Source: Dehalococcoidia bacterium
GTDB lineage: Bacteria > Chloroflexota > Dehalococcoidia > Plut-88900
Assembly: GCA_965197585.1 (NCBI GenBank)
Contig: OZ240215.1
Coordinates: 2,624,001-2,688,000, forward strand
Reading direction: 5' to 3'
Length of the DNA stretch: 64,000 bases
In this document: piece by piece, positions 36,386-45,398 of the stretch
Layout: every line of letters begins with the position of its first letter
Position numbering within the stretch: the first letter of the stretch is position 1
The notes under the pieces: generated by a model
Told to the model about the DNA's origin: nothing
The model's input: the letters and a program-made list of their open reading frames with translations, nothing else
Database searches by the model: none
Position numbers and translations under genes: made by a program

Positions 36386-37547
36386 ACCAGGAATGGAAAA
36401 GTTTGGGCTGAAGTTCAATCCTTTCCCGCCAGCAGCAGCAGGGGTCGCATTTGGGGAAGCGAATTGGATTCCCGATTCATGGGCAGACGAAATCACCGGG
36501 AAGATCGAACAACTCTCATATACAGAGGGATATAAAGCAATAGCAATAGTCGGAGCTTACGGTGCCGGCAAGACATTTCTGCTCCAGTGGATTATGGAAA
36601 ACCAATATCCTGCAAAACGGATTAAAGCATACTTCATAGGCAATCCCGGAGTAACCTTCTACAATCTAGCAGATCAACTCTTCCGACAGGTCGGCAGGTA
36701 TGAGTTATCGAAAGGAATATGGGAATTGCTCAATAGAGACATTCCCGACCACGCGTTGCAGGCAGAATTCTTCAAACGTGATTTTTCGGTATGGCTTAAT
36801 CGACTCAGAGATCGCGACAGACGGGATGAAGGCATAAGGGACATCCAGCAAGCAATCAACAAACAGGGAATAACGGAAGACGAAGAAATAGCATTCCGCT
36901 TCGGACAGATGATAGTAGATACCAAGGATCGTCCCTATTACCGATTCCAAGACTTCGTACCCCGTTCTCGCAGCACAGTGGTAGCCGAAAACCGAGAAGG
37001 AGAGTACTTCAACACGATCATTCGCTTCCTACAACAGATATACGGCGCAGCAGGGATAGCCTTTATGATCGATGAATTCGAGGATGCGGCTCTTGGAAAA
37101 AGACTATCCAGGAGACAGAGCGCAGAATACCATGCAACACTCAGAAATCTATTGGACACAGCCCGTGACGAAGACTTTTGGTTGACACTATCAAGCACTC
37201 CACTTGGGTTCGAACAGACTAGGAACCTAGAACCTGCCTTGATGCAGAGGTTCGGATCTGAATTTCACATTCCACGCCTGACGGACCAAGACGCGTATGA
37301 ACTGGCTTACCACCGATTGAAAAACGCAAGATTTGAGGACACCCCCGGTGGCCTATGGCCATTTGCCGAAAACGTCGTTTTACATATCACGGAAGCCAAC
37401 CGTTCCTGGCCTCGGGGAGTGGTAAAGATTCTTTCTCAATCGCTGACGTTAGCAATTCGAGAAGGGATAGGTCCACCCATCCCTAACGCACTGGTCCAAA
37501 AAGTTGAGCTAGGCCTCCAGACCTATCGGGTAACACAAGATGAATGA
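36375..37547 (+). CDS. AAA+-type P-loop ATPase
   Basis: FGLKFNPF, Walker A GAYGAGKT, Walker B MIDEFED, ALMQRF, WPRGVVKIL; TTG with AAGGAGG RBS. Confidence 0.88.
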   Translation: MDPKPGMEKFGLKFNPFPPAAAGVAFGEANWIPDSWADEITGKIEQLSYTEGYKAIAIVGAYGAGKTFLLQWIMENQYPAKRIKAYFIGNPGVTFYNLADQLFRQVGRYELSKGIWELLNRDIPDHALQAEFFKRDFSVWLNRLRDRDRRDEGIRDIQQAINKQGITEDEEIAFRFGQMIVDTKDRPYYRFQDFVPRSRSTVVAENREGEYFNTIIRFLQQIYGAAGIAFMIDEFEDAALGKRLSRRQSAEYHATLRNLLDTARDEDFWLTLSSTPLGFEQTRNLEPALMQRFGSEFHIPRLTDQDAYELAYHRLKNARFEDTPGGLWPFAENVVLHITEANRSWPRGVVKILSQSLTLAIREGIGPPIPNALVQKVELGLQTYRVTQDE

Positions 37548-38310
37548 AAACCCGAAGAAAATAGCCTTCATGGATACCAATGCGCTCCTGCGAATGTTCA
37601 TATTCTGGGAAGCCTGCGAATTGGCCGACACCGCCATGGTGGACGTCAAGGACTGGAAAGAACTAAGAGCGTCTCTAACAAAACAAAACATACCTATCTT
37701 GGATCAATTCAATGAAAGTGAATTTAGATACATTCAAAACGGTCTAAAATGCTTCGAGGCACTCCATAAGGCCAATCTGGATTACGATTTCTTCTCTTGC
37801 CAAGTATGCCGCGCCGAGATGCACCGGGTCATCTTGTCCTCTCATGCGCACGAACGGTTACATCGGCATAGAGTTCCTTTGTCACTTCAGCAAATCCGGC
37901 CATTGATCCTGCATCGCAGAGTCTTGTATGACTCGGACTACCAACGAATCGACCAGCAAATCGACCGATTCTTCTGCACGCTCCGATTCACATATAACAT
38001 CGACATCAAAAACGTTGAGGATGAAGCTCACGGAGACGACACAAGCGTAGAAGAGATTTTTTCGATCGCTCGAGCCGTATGGTCTCGTATATTAACCGGG
38101 ACCATGGATGCCTACATCTACGCAGCTGCGGTAGCCTGCCAAGCCGATTGTTTCCTAACTTCGGATGATGCACTTAGGGAAACCGCAAATAAATTCAGTA
38201 ATCCAGATAACGAGTGGAAAGAAGTTGCAGAGGCACTCCGCCAAAAGCTCGGGCGCCCAGAAACCTCAAAGTTCCCGGCGGGATGTCACCTCAACATCAC
38301 GTTACCCTAG
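37540..38310 (+). CDS. Extended PIN-domain nuclease
   Basis: IAFMDTNALL, RAEM, MDAYIYAAAV, FLTSDDALR; 256 aa, about twice a VapC. Confidence 0.82.
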   Translation: MNENPKKIAFMDTNALLRMFIFWEACELADTAMVDVKDWKELRASLTKQNIPILDQFNESEFRYIQNGLKCFEALHKANLDYDFFSCQVCRAEMHRVILSSHAHERLHRHRVPLSLQQIRPLILHRRVLYDSDYQRIDQQIDRFFCTLRFTYNIDIKNVEDEAHGDDTSVEEIFSIARAVWSRILTGTMDAYIYAAAVACQADCFLTSDDALRETANKFSNPDNEWKEVAEALRQKLGRPETSKFPAGCHLNITLP

Positions 38311-38819
38311 AAAACAATTAGGACATCCTTGCAAGCTTACGGTGTTTGAAAAAATGTCCAAGAACAACAGCAAAGCCGCTGCGACATACACTCCTGACCA
38401 CAGGAGTGTGGTCGGCAGAGTCGTACAGGGTGCCGCCATCGGGATTTTCACCCTTACTATGCCCTACTCGATAACCTTGTTCAGAGTATCCATAACGACT
38501 CTTGGAATAGAACGCTGATTCTTTGGTGCAAAGCTCCCCCTTCAGGTACACGGGGATGTCCACGAAGCTCCGAGCCCCTGATTGGTTGGTGAGGCCCCTT
38601 ACATCCTCTTGCGGGTTGCACTCGTTGTCCTAGACATACAGGGGAAAGTGTATCTGGCCTCCGACCCTTCCATGCGCTCGTAGCTGCTGGGCGGCTCCCA
38701 GTGGGAGTCGGCGGAGACAGCGCATTCGGGGATGAGGTCAAAGGTCCCTTGGCTGGTCATGAGCGCCATGGCTGAGGACTGGACGCCCCACCAAGGCTGA
38801 TGACGGTCAGGGCTTTTCA

Positions 38820-39113
38820 TCACCGCAGGGCCTCGATGTCCAAGCCTTCGGGCATGTCCTGGTCGGGGCACATCAGGATCCCGTCCCGCAGTCCAATCCC
38901 CTCGGCCAGTGTCAGCAGCAGGAAGAGATGGGCGGGGCTGGGGGCAACGCCCCTCTCTCGCCACTTCCAGAGCCGGTAGGGCCTGACGCCGAGAAGGCGT
39001 GCCAACCCCTTCCAGCTCAGCCCGCTCGCCTCCTTGAACAAAGCAAGCCGCTCGGGGAAGTCTGTGGGGAAGTCGAACTGGACGGGCCGGTGTACCTGCC
39101 GCTGGATTCCCAT
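38820..39113 (-). CDS. XRE/Cro-like HTH protein
   Basis: FKEASGLSWKGLARLLGVRPYRLWKWRERG..PS. Confidence 0.8.
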   Translation of the reverse strand: MGIQRQVHRPVQFDFPTDFPERLALFKEASGLSWKGLARLLGVRPYRLWKWRERGVAPSPAHLFLLLTLAEGIGLRDGILMCPDQDMPEGLDIEALR

Positions 39114-39117
39114 TGCT

Positions 39118-39450
39118 CTAGCCCTCCCCGTTATCCCCGGACAGTCCGAAACCTACGTCCAGGGGAGCCTGATAGGTCCCGGTGGGCGGGATGACGTCGA
39201 CCCCCATGAGTGTGTGAACACCGCCGGGTATGCGGGCGGCGAGCAGGATGAGGGCGCACAGCCCGTCCCCGCTGGGCCTGGTGCCCTTGCGCCACCTCTG
39301 GAGCTGGCGGGGATCCACGCCCAGGCATGCGGCCAGGACGTCCCAGGAGAGGCCGGTGGCCTTCTTGAATACGTCGATGCGCCCGGCGAAGTCCTGCGGT
39401 ATGAGGCCGTCGTCGACGATCAGGTGGGGCGGAATGAGGCCGCCTCTCAC
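39118..39450 (-). CDS. XRE/Cro-like HTH protein, paralog of 38820-39113
   Basis: GTG overlapping upstream stop; FKKATGLSWDVLAACLGVDPRQLQRWRKG..PS. Confidence 0.75.
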   Translation of the reverse strand: MRGGLIPPHLIVDDGLIPQDFAGRIDVFKKATGLSWDVLAACLGVDPRQLQRWRKGTRPSGDGLCALILLAARIPGGVHTLMGVDVIPPTGTYQAPLDVGFGLSGDNGEG

Positions 39451-39686
39451 GAGACCACCTCCAGGATGAACAGGTCCTCGAAGCGGGTGATGCCCAGGGC
39501 CTCCATGAGCCGCTTGCGAAGCGCCGCCGAGGGGCGGCGCGTGCCGGACATGAGCTGAGAGAGGTAGCCCGACGAGGTGCCGGCCCTGGTGGCCAGATCG
39601 TTCTGGCTCATGTTGAGCCGGTTGAGCAGCTCCCATGCTCTGCGGGTATTGAGCCTGACCCGAGATGAGGGTTGCCTGCGCTTCAT
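39447..39686 (-). CDS. Cro-like XRE transcriptional regulator
   Basis: MSQNDLATRAGTSSGYLSQLMSGTRRPS..FEDLF. Confidence 0.88.
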   Translation of the reverse strand: MKRRQPSSRVRLNTRRAWELLNRLNMSQNDLATRAGTSSGYLSQLMSGTRRPSAALRKRLMEALGITRFEDLFILEVVS

Positions 39687-39856
39687 GCCCCGCCCTCCTT
39701 TAGTGCCTTCCCGGACTCGTCCCCTGCCGCCCCCTCACCGTACAGGTGGGGATTGGCGAGGTAGTGGCGTGCGATGATGCGGGCCAGTATCCGCAGGCCC
39801 TCTTGGCGCTGCCGCTCCTGCTCATTCGTCAGCTTTCGCTTTCCCCTGCCGTTCAT
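39683..39856 (-). CDS. Small basic hypothetical protein
   Basis: 57 aa from ATG 39856, GLRILARIIAR helix, ATGA-coupled to the Cro-like gene. Confidence 0.55.
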   Translation of the reverse strand: MNGRGKRKLTNEQERQRQEGLRILARIIARHYLANPHLYGEGAAGDESGKALKEGGA

Positions 39857-40144
39857 GCGGTCCGTCTCTCTCTTGGAGTCTGGGCGCAATGAAGGGCTGG
39901 CCCTGGTGCGCTCCGGTGTCGTATACTGTGTCAAGTGATAGAACAAATAGGCTATGTGCGCAAGTGTAACAATAATAAATGATGAGATGCAATGGTTGAA
40001 AGGCGGTTTTGGCACCGTTGGCCGGGGTTTGTTGACAATTGCTTGCTCCTGAGTGACAATTATCTGGCTATAAGTTAGCAGATATATAGCTGGCAAGAAG
40101 TGCGCACAAGTGTACGCTATCAGGACTGCGAAGGGAGATCCACC
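39857..40144. promoter_or_regulatory. Divergent control region of the ICE switch
   Basis: AT-rich; TTGACA at 40032-40037 with GACAAT 17 bp downstream; repeated TGACAATT and GTGCGC(AC)AAGTGTA motifs. Confidence 0.6.
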
Positions 40145-40576
40145 ATGGGCGAGCCTGGCGACAACCGGGACGTTGAGCCACGGCAGGAAATCGAGGGCAA
40201 CGAGGAGGTCGGTCCGCTCCTGCGGCGGCTGCGCGGAGACCTGAGCCTGCGGGACGTGACCCGGCGCACGGGCATCTCCGCCTCCTACCTCTCCCAGATC
40301 GAGCGGGGCGACCGAAGGCCCGGCGCCAACATGATTGGCAAGTTGGCCGCCGTCTACAACGTGGACCCCAGAGAGCTGATGAAGCGGGCCGGTCGAGCGG
40401 GCAGGCCCAACCCCTACAGCGATGAGGCCCTGGAGGTGGAGAGGGCCTATCGGTACGTGCTGGACGACCCTGCCTTCCGCGTGGGCACCAGGCCCGACGG
40501 GCCCCTCTCCGTCAGCGCAAAACGGTTCATAGTCGAGATGTACGAACGATTCACCAACAAGAGGCTGCTGGAATGA
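40145..40576 (+). CDS. ImmR-like XRE repressor
   Basis: LSLRDVTRRTGISASYLSQIERGDRRP; divergent from Cro-like genes, coupled to ImmA-like gene. Confidence 0.88.
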   Translation: MGEPGDNRDVEPRQEIEGNEEVGPLLRRLRGDLSLRDVTRRTGISASYLSQIERGDRRPGANMIGKLAAVYNVDPRELMKRAGRAGRPNPYSDEALEVERAYRYVLDDPAFRVGTRPDGPLSVSAKRFIVEMYERFTNKRLLE

Positions 40577-41490
40577 ACAGGACGAGAGAGGACTTCTGTC
40601 GAGACTTGCTGGACGGCGATTCCGTCCTTCACGAGCCCCTGGACCCGGAACGCCTTGCCGCCCGCTTCGTGCGCTTCTTCAGGCTCTCCGGCCGCCCTGA
40701 TTTGGGCGAGCTGAAGGTCATGCTGAGAGAGACCGGGTTCGGAGAGGTGCGGCAGTGGGAGATGAACGGACTGAAGGGCGCCCACATTGGCCGGCCCAGG
40801 GGCCACTACGACATCTATTACCGCCAGGGCCTGTGGGATGGGAGCAGCACCTACACGGTGCTCCACGAGACTTGTGAGATCATCCACGAGACCCTGTGCG
40901 ACATGCAATCGGACTCCCCGCCGGAGCGGAAGGTGTGCAGGGAGGCCGACCGGTTCGCCGCCGCGGTCCTGATGCAACCAGGGGCCTTCGGGCCCATGGC
41001 CAGGAGGTCCGGGCTGGACGTGCTGGTCCTGCAACAGGCGTTCCACTGTTCCTACGCCGCCGTGACCCTCCGGCTGGCCGAGGTTGTGCGAGATCTACCC
41101 CTCATGTCGGTCCTGTACGAACGGGAGGAGAGGGGCGACCCTGCGCTCTGGACCGCACCACCCTCACTCCGGGCGACGGTGGTGCGGCGCACGGGAGGTT
41201 TTGGGACGCAGGAGTCCTTCCCCATCAGTGGTGAGCATAGCGGGTTGCCCCGGAGGGGCATGACGCCCGCACCCCGCTCCATGGCGGACCGGGCCATCCG
41301 GTACGGCAAGTCGCAATACTCCATTGAAGACGGGGTGGCGGTCATAGCCCGGCCTCTCCATTGGAAAGGGAGACTGGCCAAGGTGGTAGTCGTGGCCGTG
41401 CACAGCCGGGACTTTGCCGTCCTCGGGCCTCAGTTGCTGGCCTCCGATGCTGGTTGCCGCAGGCGGGCCTTGGCAGCGGTTCCCTGGTAG
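40573..41490 (+). CDS. ImmA/IrrE-family metallopeptidase-like protein
   Basis: YTVLHETCE (HExxE) and EADRFAAAVLMQP followed by an HTH-like segment. Confidence 0.8.
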   Translation: MNRTREDFCRDLLDGDSVLHEPLDPERLAARFVRFFRLSGRPDLGELKVMLRETGFGEVRQWEMNGLKGAHIGRPRGHYDIYYRQGLWDGSSTYTVLHETCEIIHETLCDMQSDSPPERKVCREADRFAAAVLMQPGAFGPMARRSGLDVLVLQQAFHCSYAAVTLRLAEVVRDLPLMSVLYEREERGDPALWTAPPSLRATVVRRTGGFGTQESFPISGEHSGLPRRGMTPAPRSMADRAIRYGKSQYSIEDGVAVIARPLHWKGRLAKVVVVAVHSRDFAVLGPQLLASDAGCRRRALAAVPW

Positions 41491-41558
41491 TTGGAGGCCG
41501 GTAGTCCGTTGATGTATAGTAAGACAGGCTAATACTGCATGAGGCAAAAAGAGAGACG

Positions 41559-41789
41559 ATGCCAACCACACCGAGGAACACCAGGACCATAACCTTCTCC
41601 CTGCCCCCGGAGATGGCGGAGGAGGTGCTGCAGGTGATGCGGGAGGAGGGGCGCACCATGAGCGAGCTTATCCGTGAGTCCCTCCGAAACTACATGGAGG
41701 AGCGGGGGTGGATCAGGGCCATGCGATACGAGAGGGTGAAGGCAAGGGAGAAATCGAAGGATGAGATGGAAAGAGGAATAAAGCCGTGA
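41559..41789 (+). CDS. CopG/ribbon-helix-helix protein
   Basis: TITFSLPPEM..EEGRTMSELIRESLRNY; GTGA-coupled to the recombinase. Confidence 0.85.
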   Translation: MPTTPRNTRTITFSLPPEMAEEVLQVMREEGRTMSELIRESLRNYMEERGWIRAMRYERVKAREKSKDEMERGIKP

Positions 41790-43594
41790 AGAAGTACGAT
41801 AAACTGATACCGGCGGCCCTGTATGCCAGGGTATCCAGCGAACGGCAGGACGTGGACCTGTCAGTGTCCGCGCAGTTGAGGGCCCTCCGGGACTACGCCG
41901 AGAAGAACGGCTACATAGTGGCAAGGGAGTACATCGACGAGGCGGAGAGCGGACGCATCGCCGATAGGCCCGAGTTCCAGAAGATGCTGAACGAGGCCAG
42001 CAGGCCCGAGGCTCCCTTCCAGGAGATCCTCGTATGGAAATTCTCCCGGTTCACCCGTAAGCGGGAGCACGCCGTCGCCTTCAAGTCCATGCTTAGGCGG
42101 CGCGGTGTCAGGGTCGTCTCCATCACTGAGAAGGCCGACGACACTCCTACGGGCAAGCTACTTGAGGCCATCATCGAGAGCGTGGACGAGTTTTACAGCG
42201 AGAATCTGGCCCAGGAGGTCACGAGGGGCATGCGCGAGTCGGCTTCCAGAGGGTTCTGGATGACGACCAACGCCCCCTACGGCTACAAGAGGGTCTATGT
42301 CCAGGACGGGGCGAAGAAGCGCCCGAAGCTGGAACTGAACCCGCCGGCGGACGCCGTGGTCCGCCGCATCTTTGACATGGTCCTCCAGGGTAAGAGCATT
42401 CTCGACGTGACCAAGACACTCAACGCCGAGGGCATCCCCACCACCAACGGCAAGAAATGGCTCAAGACCACCATCCACACCATGCTCGACAACGAAGCTT
42501 ACACGGGGACTTTGGTCTGGGGAACCAATGCCAAGGACGGCGCTCCCCCGGTCAGGGTGGAGGAAGCCTTCCCCGCCATCGTTAGCAAGCAGGAGTTCCG
42601 AAGGGCCAAGAAGCTGCTGGGGTCCCGCGCACCCGAGAGGGTCCACCCCAGGCGGGCATCCAGCCCCTACCTGCTCAGCGGCCTTCTCAGGTGCGAGGTC
42701 TGCGGGAAGTGCCTCACGGCAGCCGAGGCCAAGAGCGGCAAGTACACATACTATGTATGCCAGTCCATGCTCAAGAGGGGCCCGGGGGCCTGCAGTGCGC
42801 CGAGGCTCAACGCCAGGACCTTCGAGAAGCTCATCGTCGATCAGATCAGAGAGAACGTTCTCACTGAGTCCAACATCCGCGACCTGGTGAGGCTGCTCGA
42901 CGAGGAGATGGACGGGGTGGCAGGGGAGCAGCGGGAGCGGCTGGCGACCATCGAGGGGGAGCTTGAGGACGTGAAGCGCAGGCTAGGCCGCATCTGGCAG
43001 GCCATCGAGACCACCGACATAGAAATGTCTGACGCCTCCGAGCGCATCAAGGAGCACCGGGAGCGCAAGGAGAGGCTGGAGATTGCCGCCGAGGAGGCGC
43101 GGGAGCTGCTCTCAGAACGGCGGCATTTCCTGGACAGCGCCGACACCATCGCCGCCTTCGCGGAGGACATGAGTGAGTTCCTGAAGACCAGTGAACTGAC
43201 CGAGACCAAGGCCTTCGTTCGGTCCTTCGTCAAGGAAATCGCCATCGGCAGCGGCAGGGCCGTCATTCTCTACTCACTGCCCACGCCGGAGGACAGCCCC
43301 ATAGGGAGCGTGGACAACGCCGAGGTCGCCCTGGACGGGCGAGTTATGAGTACAGTACGTTGTGGTACCCCCAACGGGATTCGAACCCGTGATCTCCGCC
43401 TTGAAAGGGCGGTGTCCTTGGCCGCTAGACGATGGGGGCGCGCGAAAACCGGTCGGCTGAAAATCGCCCGCCGTATGAAAACACACGCAAGGTCCAGTTG
43501 CAACCGGGGAGTGGGGCGCTGTCCTTGTGAATCAAGCGGGCATAGCCTATCATCACAAGATGCGCGGGCACGAGTTCCTGGAACGTGTGCGTAG
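41786..43594 (+). CDS. Large serine recombinase (integrase)
   Basis: YARVSS catalytic Ser, ESG..DRP, SRFTR, recombinase domain, CEVCG..YVC..C zinc ribbon, coiled coil; C-terminal ~76 codons come from antisense tRNA and host DNA. Confidence 0.95.
   Translation: MKKYDKLIPAALYARVSSERQDVDLSVSAQLRALRDYAEKNGYIVAREYIDEAESGRIADRPEFQKMLNEASRPEAPFQEILVWKFSRFTRKREHAVAFKSMLRRRGVRVVSITEKADDTPTGKLLEAIIESVDEFYSENLAQEVTRGMRESASRGFWMTTNAPYGYKRVYVQDGAKKRPKLELNPPADAVVRRIFDMVLQGKSILDVTKTLNAEGIPTTNGKKWLKTTIHTMLDNEAYTGTLVWGTNAKDGAPPVRVEEAFPAIVSKQEFRRAKKLLGSRAPERVHPRRASSPYLLSGLLRCEVCGKCLTAAEAKSGKYTYYVCQSMLKRGPGACSAPRLNARTFEKLIVDQIRENVLTESNIRDLVRLLDEEMDGVAGEQRERLATIEGELEDVKRRLGRIWQAIETTDIEMSDASERIKEHRERKERLEIAAEEARELLSERRHFLDSADTIAAFAEDMSEFLKTSELTETKAFVRSFVKEIAIGSGRAVILYSLPTPEDSPIGSVDNAEVALDGRVMSTVRCGTPNGIRTRDLRLERAVSLAARRWGRAKTGRLKIARRMKTHARSSCNRGVGRCPCESSGHSLSSQDARARVPGTCA
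43363..43439 (-). tRNA. tRNA-Glu(TTC)
   Basis: GCCCCCATCGTCTAGCGGCCAAGGACACCGCCCTTTCAAGGCGGAGATCACGGGTTCGAATCCCGTTGGGGGTACCA folds as a cloverleaf with TTC anticodon and encoded CCA. Confidence 0.97.
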
Positions 43595-43775
43595 GATCGG
43601 CAAGAAGCGACGCATTACTGTCCGCATTGACGTAAAAAGGGGCAAAGGCAGTCACGCTATACTCTACTTCGCTGGACGTAAGGCTACCTTAAAGGATCCT
43701 AGGAAAGAGATATCCCCTAACCTATTATCAGACATGCTGCGACAGCTTGGCTTGACTCGCCGGGACTTGTTCTAA
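43560..43775 (+). CDS. hicA: HicA-family toxin
   Basis: 71 aa basic protein with RGKGSH motif, ending MLRQLGL. Confidence 0.88.
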   Translation: MRGHEFLERVRRIGKKRRITVRIDVKRGKGSHAILYFAGRKATLKDPRKEISPNLLSDMLRQLGLTRRDLF

Positions 43776-43793
43776 AGCGTTAGGAAGGCGCAT

Positions 43794-44231
43794 ATGCGAT
43801 TCGTATATCCTGCACGACTACGTCGTGCCTCAGCCGATGAGATTGTCGTTTCTTTCCGAGACCTCCCCGAGTGCCTGACCTCCGGCAGGGACGAAGCTGA
43901 AGCCCTGTTCGAGGCACAGGACGCCCTCGAAGAAGCTATCGCAGGCCGCATTGACGATGCCGAGTGTATACCTATACCGAGCCCCAGGAAGAACGGAGAG
44001 TGGCTGGTAGCCGTACCCACCGCTACTGCCGCCAAGGCCGCTCTTGCCCTAGCGCTACGGGACAGCGGTCTCTCCCACGCCGAGTTCGCCAAACTTTTCC
44101 GCACCGACGAAGAGTCCGTTCGGCGCATGCTCGACCCGCGGCACCGTACATCATCCGACCGAATTGGGAAAGCGCTCCATGCCCTGGGCCGGCAAATCGC
44201 CGTAGAGCTTCGGGAACTGACTCCCGCCTAG
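43794..44231 (+). CDS. hicB: HicB-family antitoxin
   Basis: VSFRDLPECLTSG..EA...AQDAL..IPIPS plus C-terminal HTH. Confidence 0.92.
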   Translation: MRFVYPARLRRASADEIVVSFRDLPECLTSGRDEAEALFEAQDALEEAIAGRIDDAECIPIPSPRKNGEWLVAVPTATAAKAALALALRDSGLSHAEFAKLFRTDEESVRRMLDPRHRTSSDRIGKALHALGRQIAVELRELTPA

Positions 44232-45259
44232 GGGAACAGGGCAAGGGACTCGAGTCCCATCTCCTCGGGATAGCCGGCCATCACGTTCATGTTCTGAATA
44301 GCCTGTCCCGCAGCGCCCTTGACCAAGTTGTCGATGCAGCTGACCACCATCACCCGACCCGTCCGAAGGTCGAGGGTTGGGTATACCAGGCAATAGTTGT
44401 TACCCCATGTCTGCTTGGTCTGGGGTGGCGCATCCACGACCCTGACAAAGGGCTCGCCCGCGTAGAATTCTCGATAAAGGCTTGTTAACTGCTCCCTGCC
44501 CTTCTCATCGACCGAAATGGAGGTGCCCGAAAGGGTGGCGTAGCAGGAACTCAGGATTCCCCGGGTCATGGGTATCAGGTGGGGTAGGAAGGTGATCTGA
44601 GCGTCGAGACTGGAGTCCAGCAGCGACACCTCCTGCACTATTTCCGGCAAGTGCCTGTGCCCGTCTATCCCGTAGGCTTTGACGTTCTCGTTCACTTCGG
44701 AGAAGTGGGTGTTCAGGCTGAGACCCCTCCCCGCCCCCGAGACCCCGGACTTGCTGTCTATGATTATGACCGGCTGGACAAGCTTCTCCTTTATCAGCGG
44801 GGCAAGGCCGAGAATCGCCGAGGTCGGGAAGCAGCCGGGGTTGGCAACCAACCGGGCTGACTCAATCTCCGATCGATAGAGCTCGGTGAGACCGTAGACC
44901 GCCTCCTCCTGAAGCGCAGCGCTTGCATGAGGAGTTTTGTACCAGTCTTCGTACTCGGCAGGAGAGCGTAGACGGAAGTCGGCGCTCAGGTCCACGACCC
45001 GTGAGCGGTCCTCCACTAAGGGCACGACCCTTTCGCCACTGGACTTGTGGGGTAGAGCAGAGAAGACCATCTCTTCCCCATTTGGCTCGGCTTCGATAAC
45101 CAAGTCGATATCGGAGAGGTGGGGGAACACTTCTCCCAGCTTTTGTCCCTGGGCGCTGCGGCCCGTGATCGAGGTAAGCTCTATTTCGGGGTGGTTGTGA
45201 AGCAGCCGGGCCAGCTCGGCCCCCGCGTAGCCGGTTACGTTAAGAATTGCAGTCTTCAA
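44228..45259 (-). CDS. argC: N-acetyl-gamma-glutamyl-phosphate reductase
   Basis: TGYAGAEL, DLSADFRL, ANPGCFPT, SGVSGAGR, DNLVKGAAGQA. Confidence 0.97.
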   Translation of the reverse strand: MKTAILNVTGYAGAELARLLHNHPEIELTSITGRSAQGQKLGEVFPHLSDIDLVIEAEPNGEEMVFSALPHKSSGERVVPLVEDRSRVVDLSADFRLRSPAEYEDWYKTPHASAALQEEAVYGLTELYRSEIESARLVANPGCFPTSAILGLAPLIKEKLVQPVIIIDSKSGVSGAGRGLSLNTHFSEVNENVKAYGIDGHRHLPEIVQEVSLLDSSLDAQITFLPHLIPMTRGILSSCYATLSGTSISVDEKGREQLTSLYREFYAGEPFVRVVDAPPQTKQTWGNNYCLVYPTLDLRTGRVMVVSCIDNLVKGAAGQAIQNMNVMAGYPEEMGLESLALFP

Positions 45260-45398
45260 CTCAGCATCTCCATAGGCTAAGGAAAGAGGCTACAGTCTGA
45301 CAATATCCGGTGGGGAAATCAAGGCTAAGTAATGTTTCCGTCCCATTGCTGGTCATCAAAAACAAGCGTCTTTAGAGATAATTCTTCTGAATATCCAG

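Larger units (their letters stand above)
5938..43362. mobile_element. Integrative conjugative element integrated at tRNA-Glu 3' end (left boundary uncertain)
   Basis: Large serine recombinase abutting the tRNA CCA end, ImmR/ImmA-like regulators, VirB4/VirD4/VirB6/pilins/relaxase, SSB/primase/helicase backbone. No long copy of the tRNA 3' end was seen on the left, so the element may include 1-5.9 kb and beyond. Confidence 0.88.

Noticed and set aside
38318-38563. 81-aa minus-strand ORF after the PIN gene
   Set aside because: No recognisable motif or strong RBS; may be a gene remnant.
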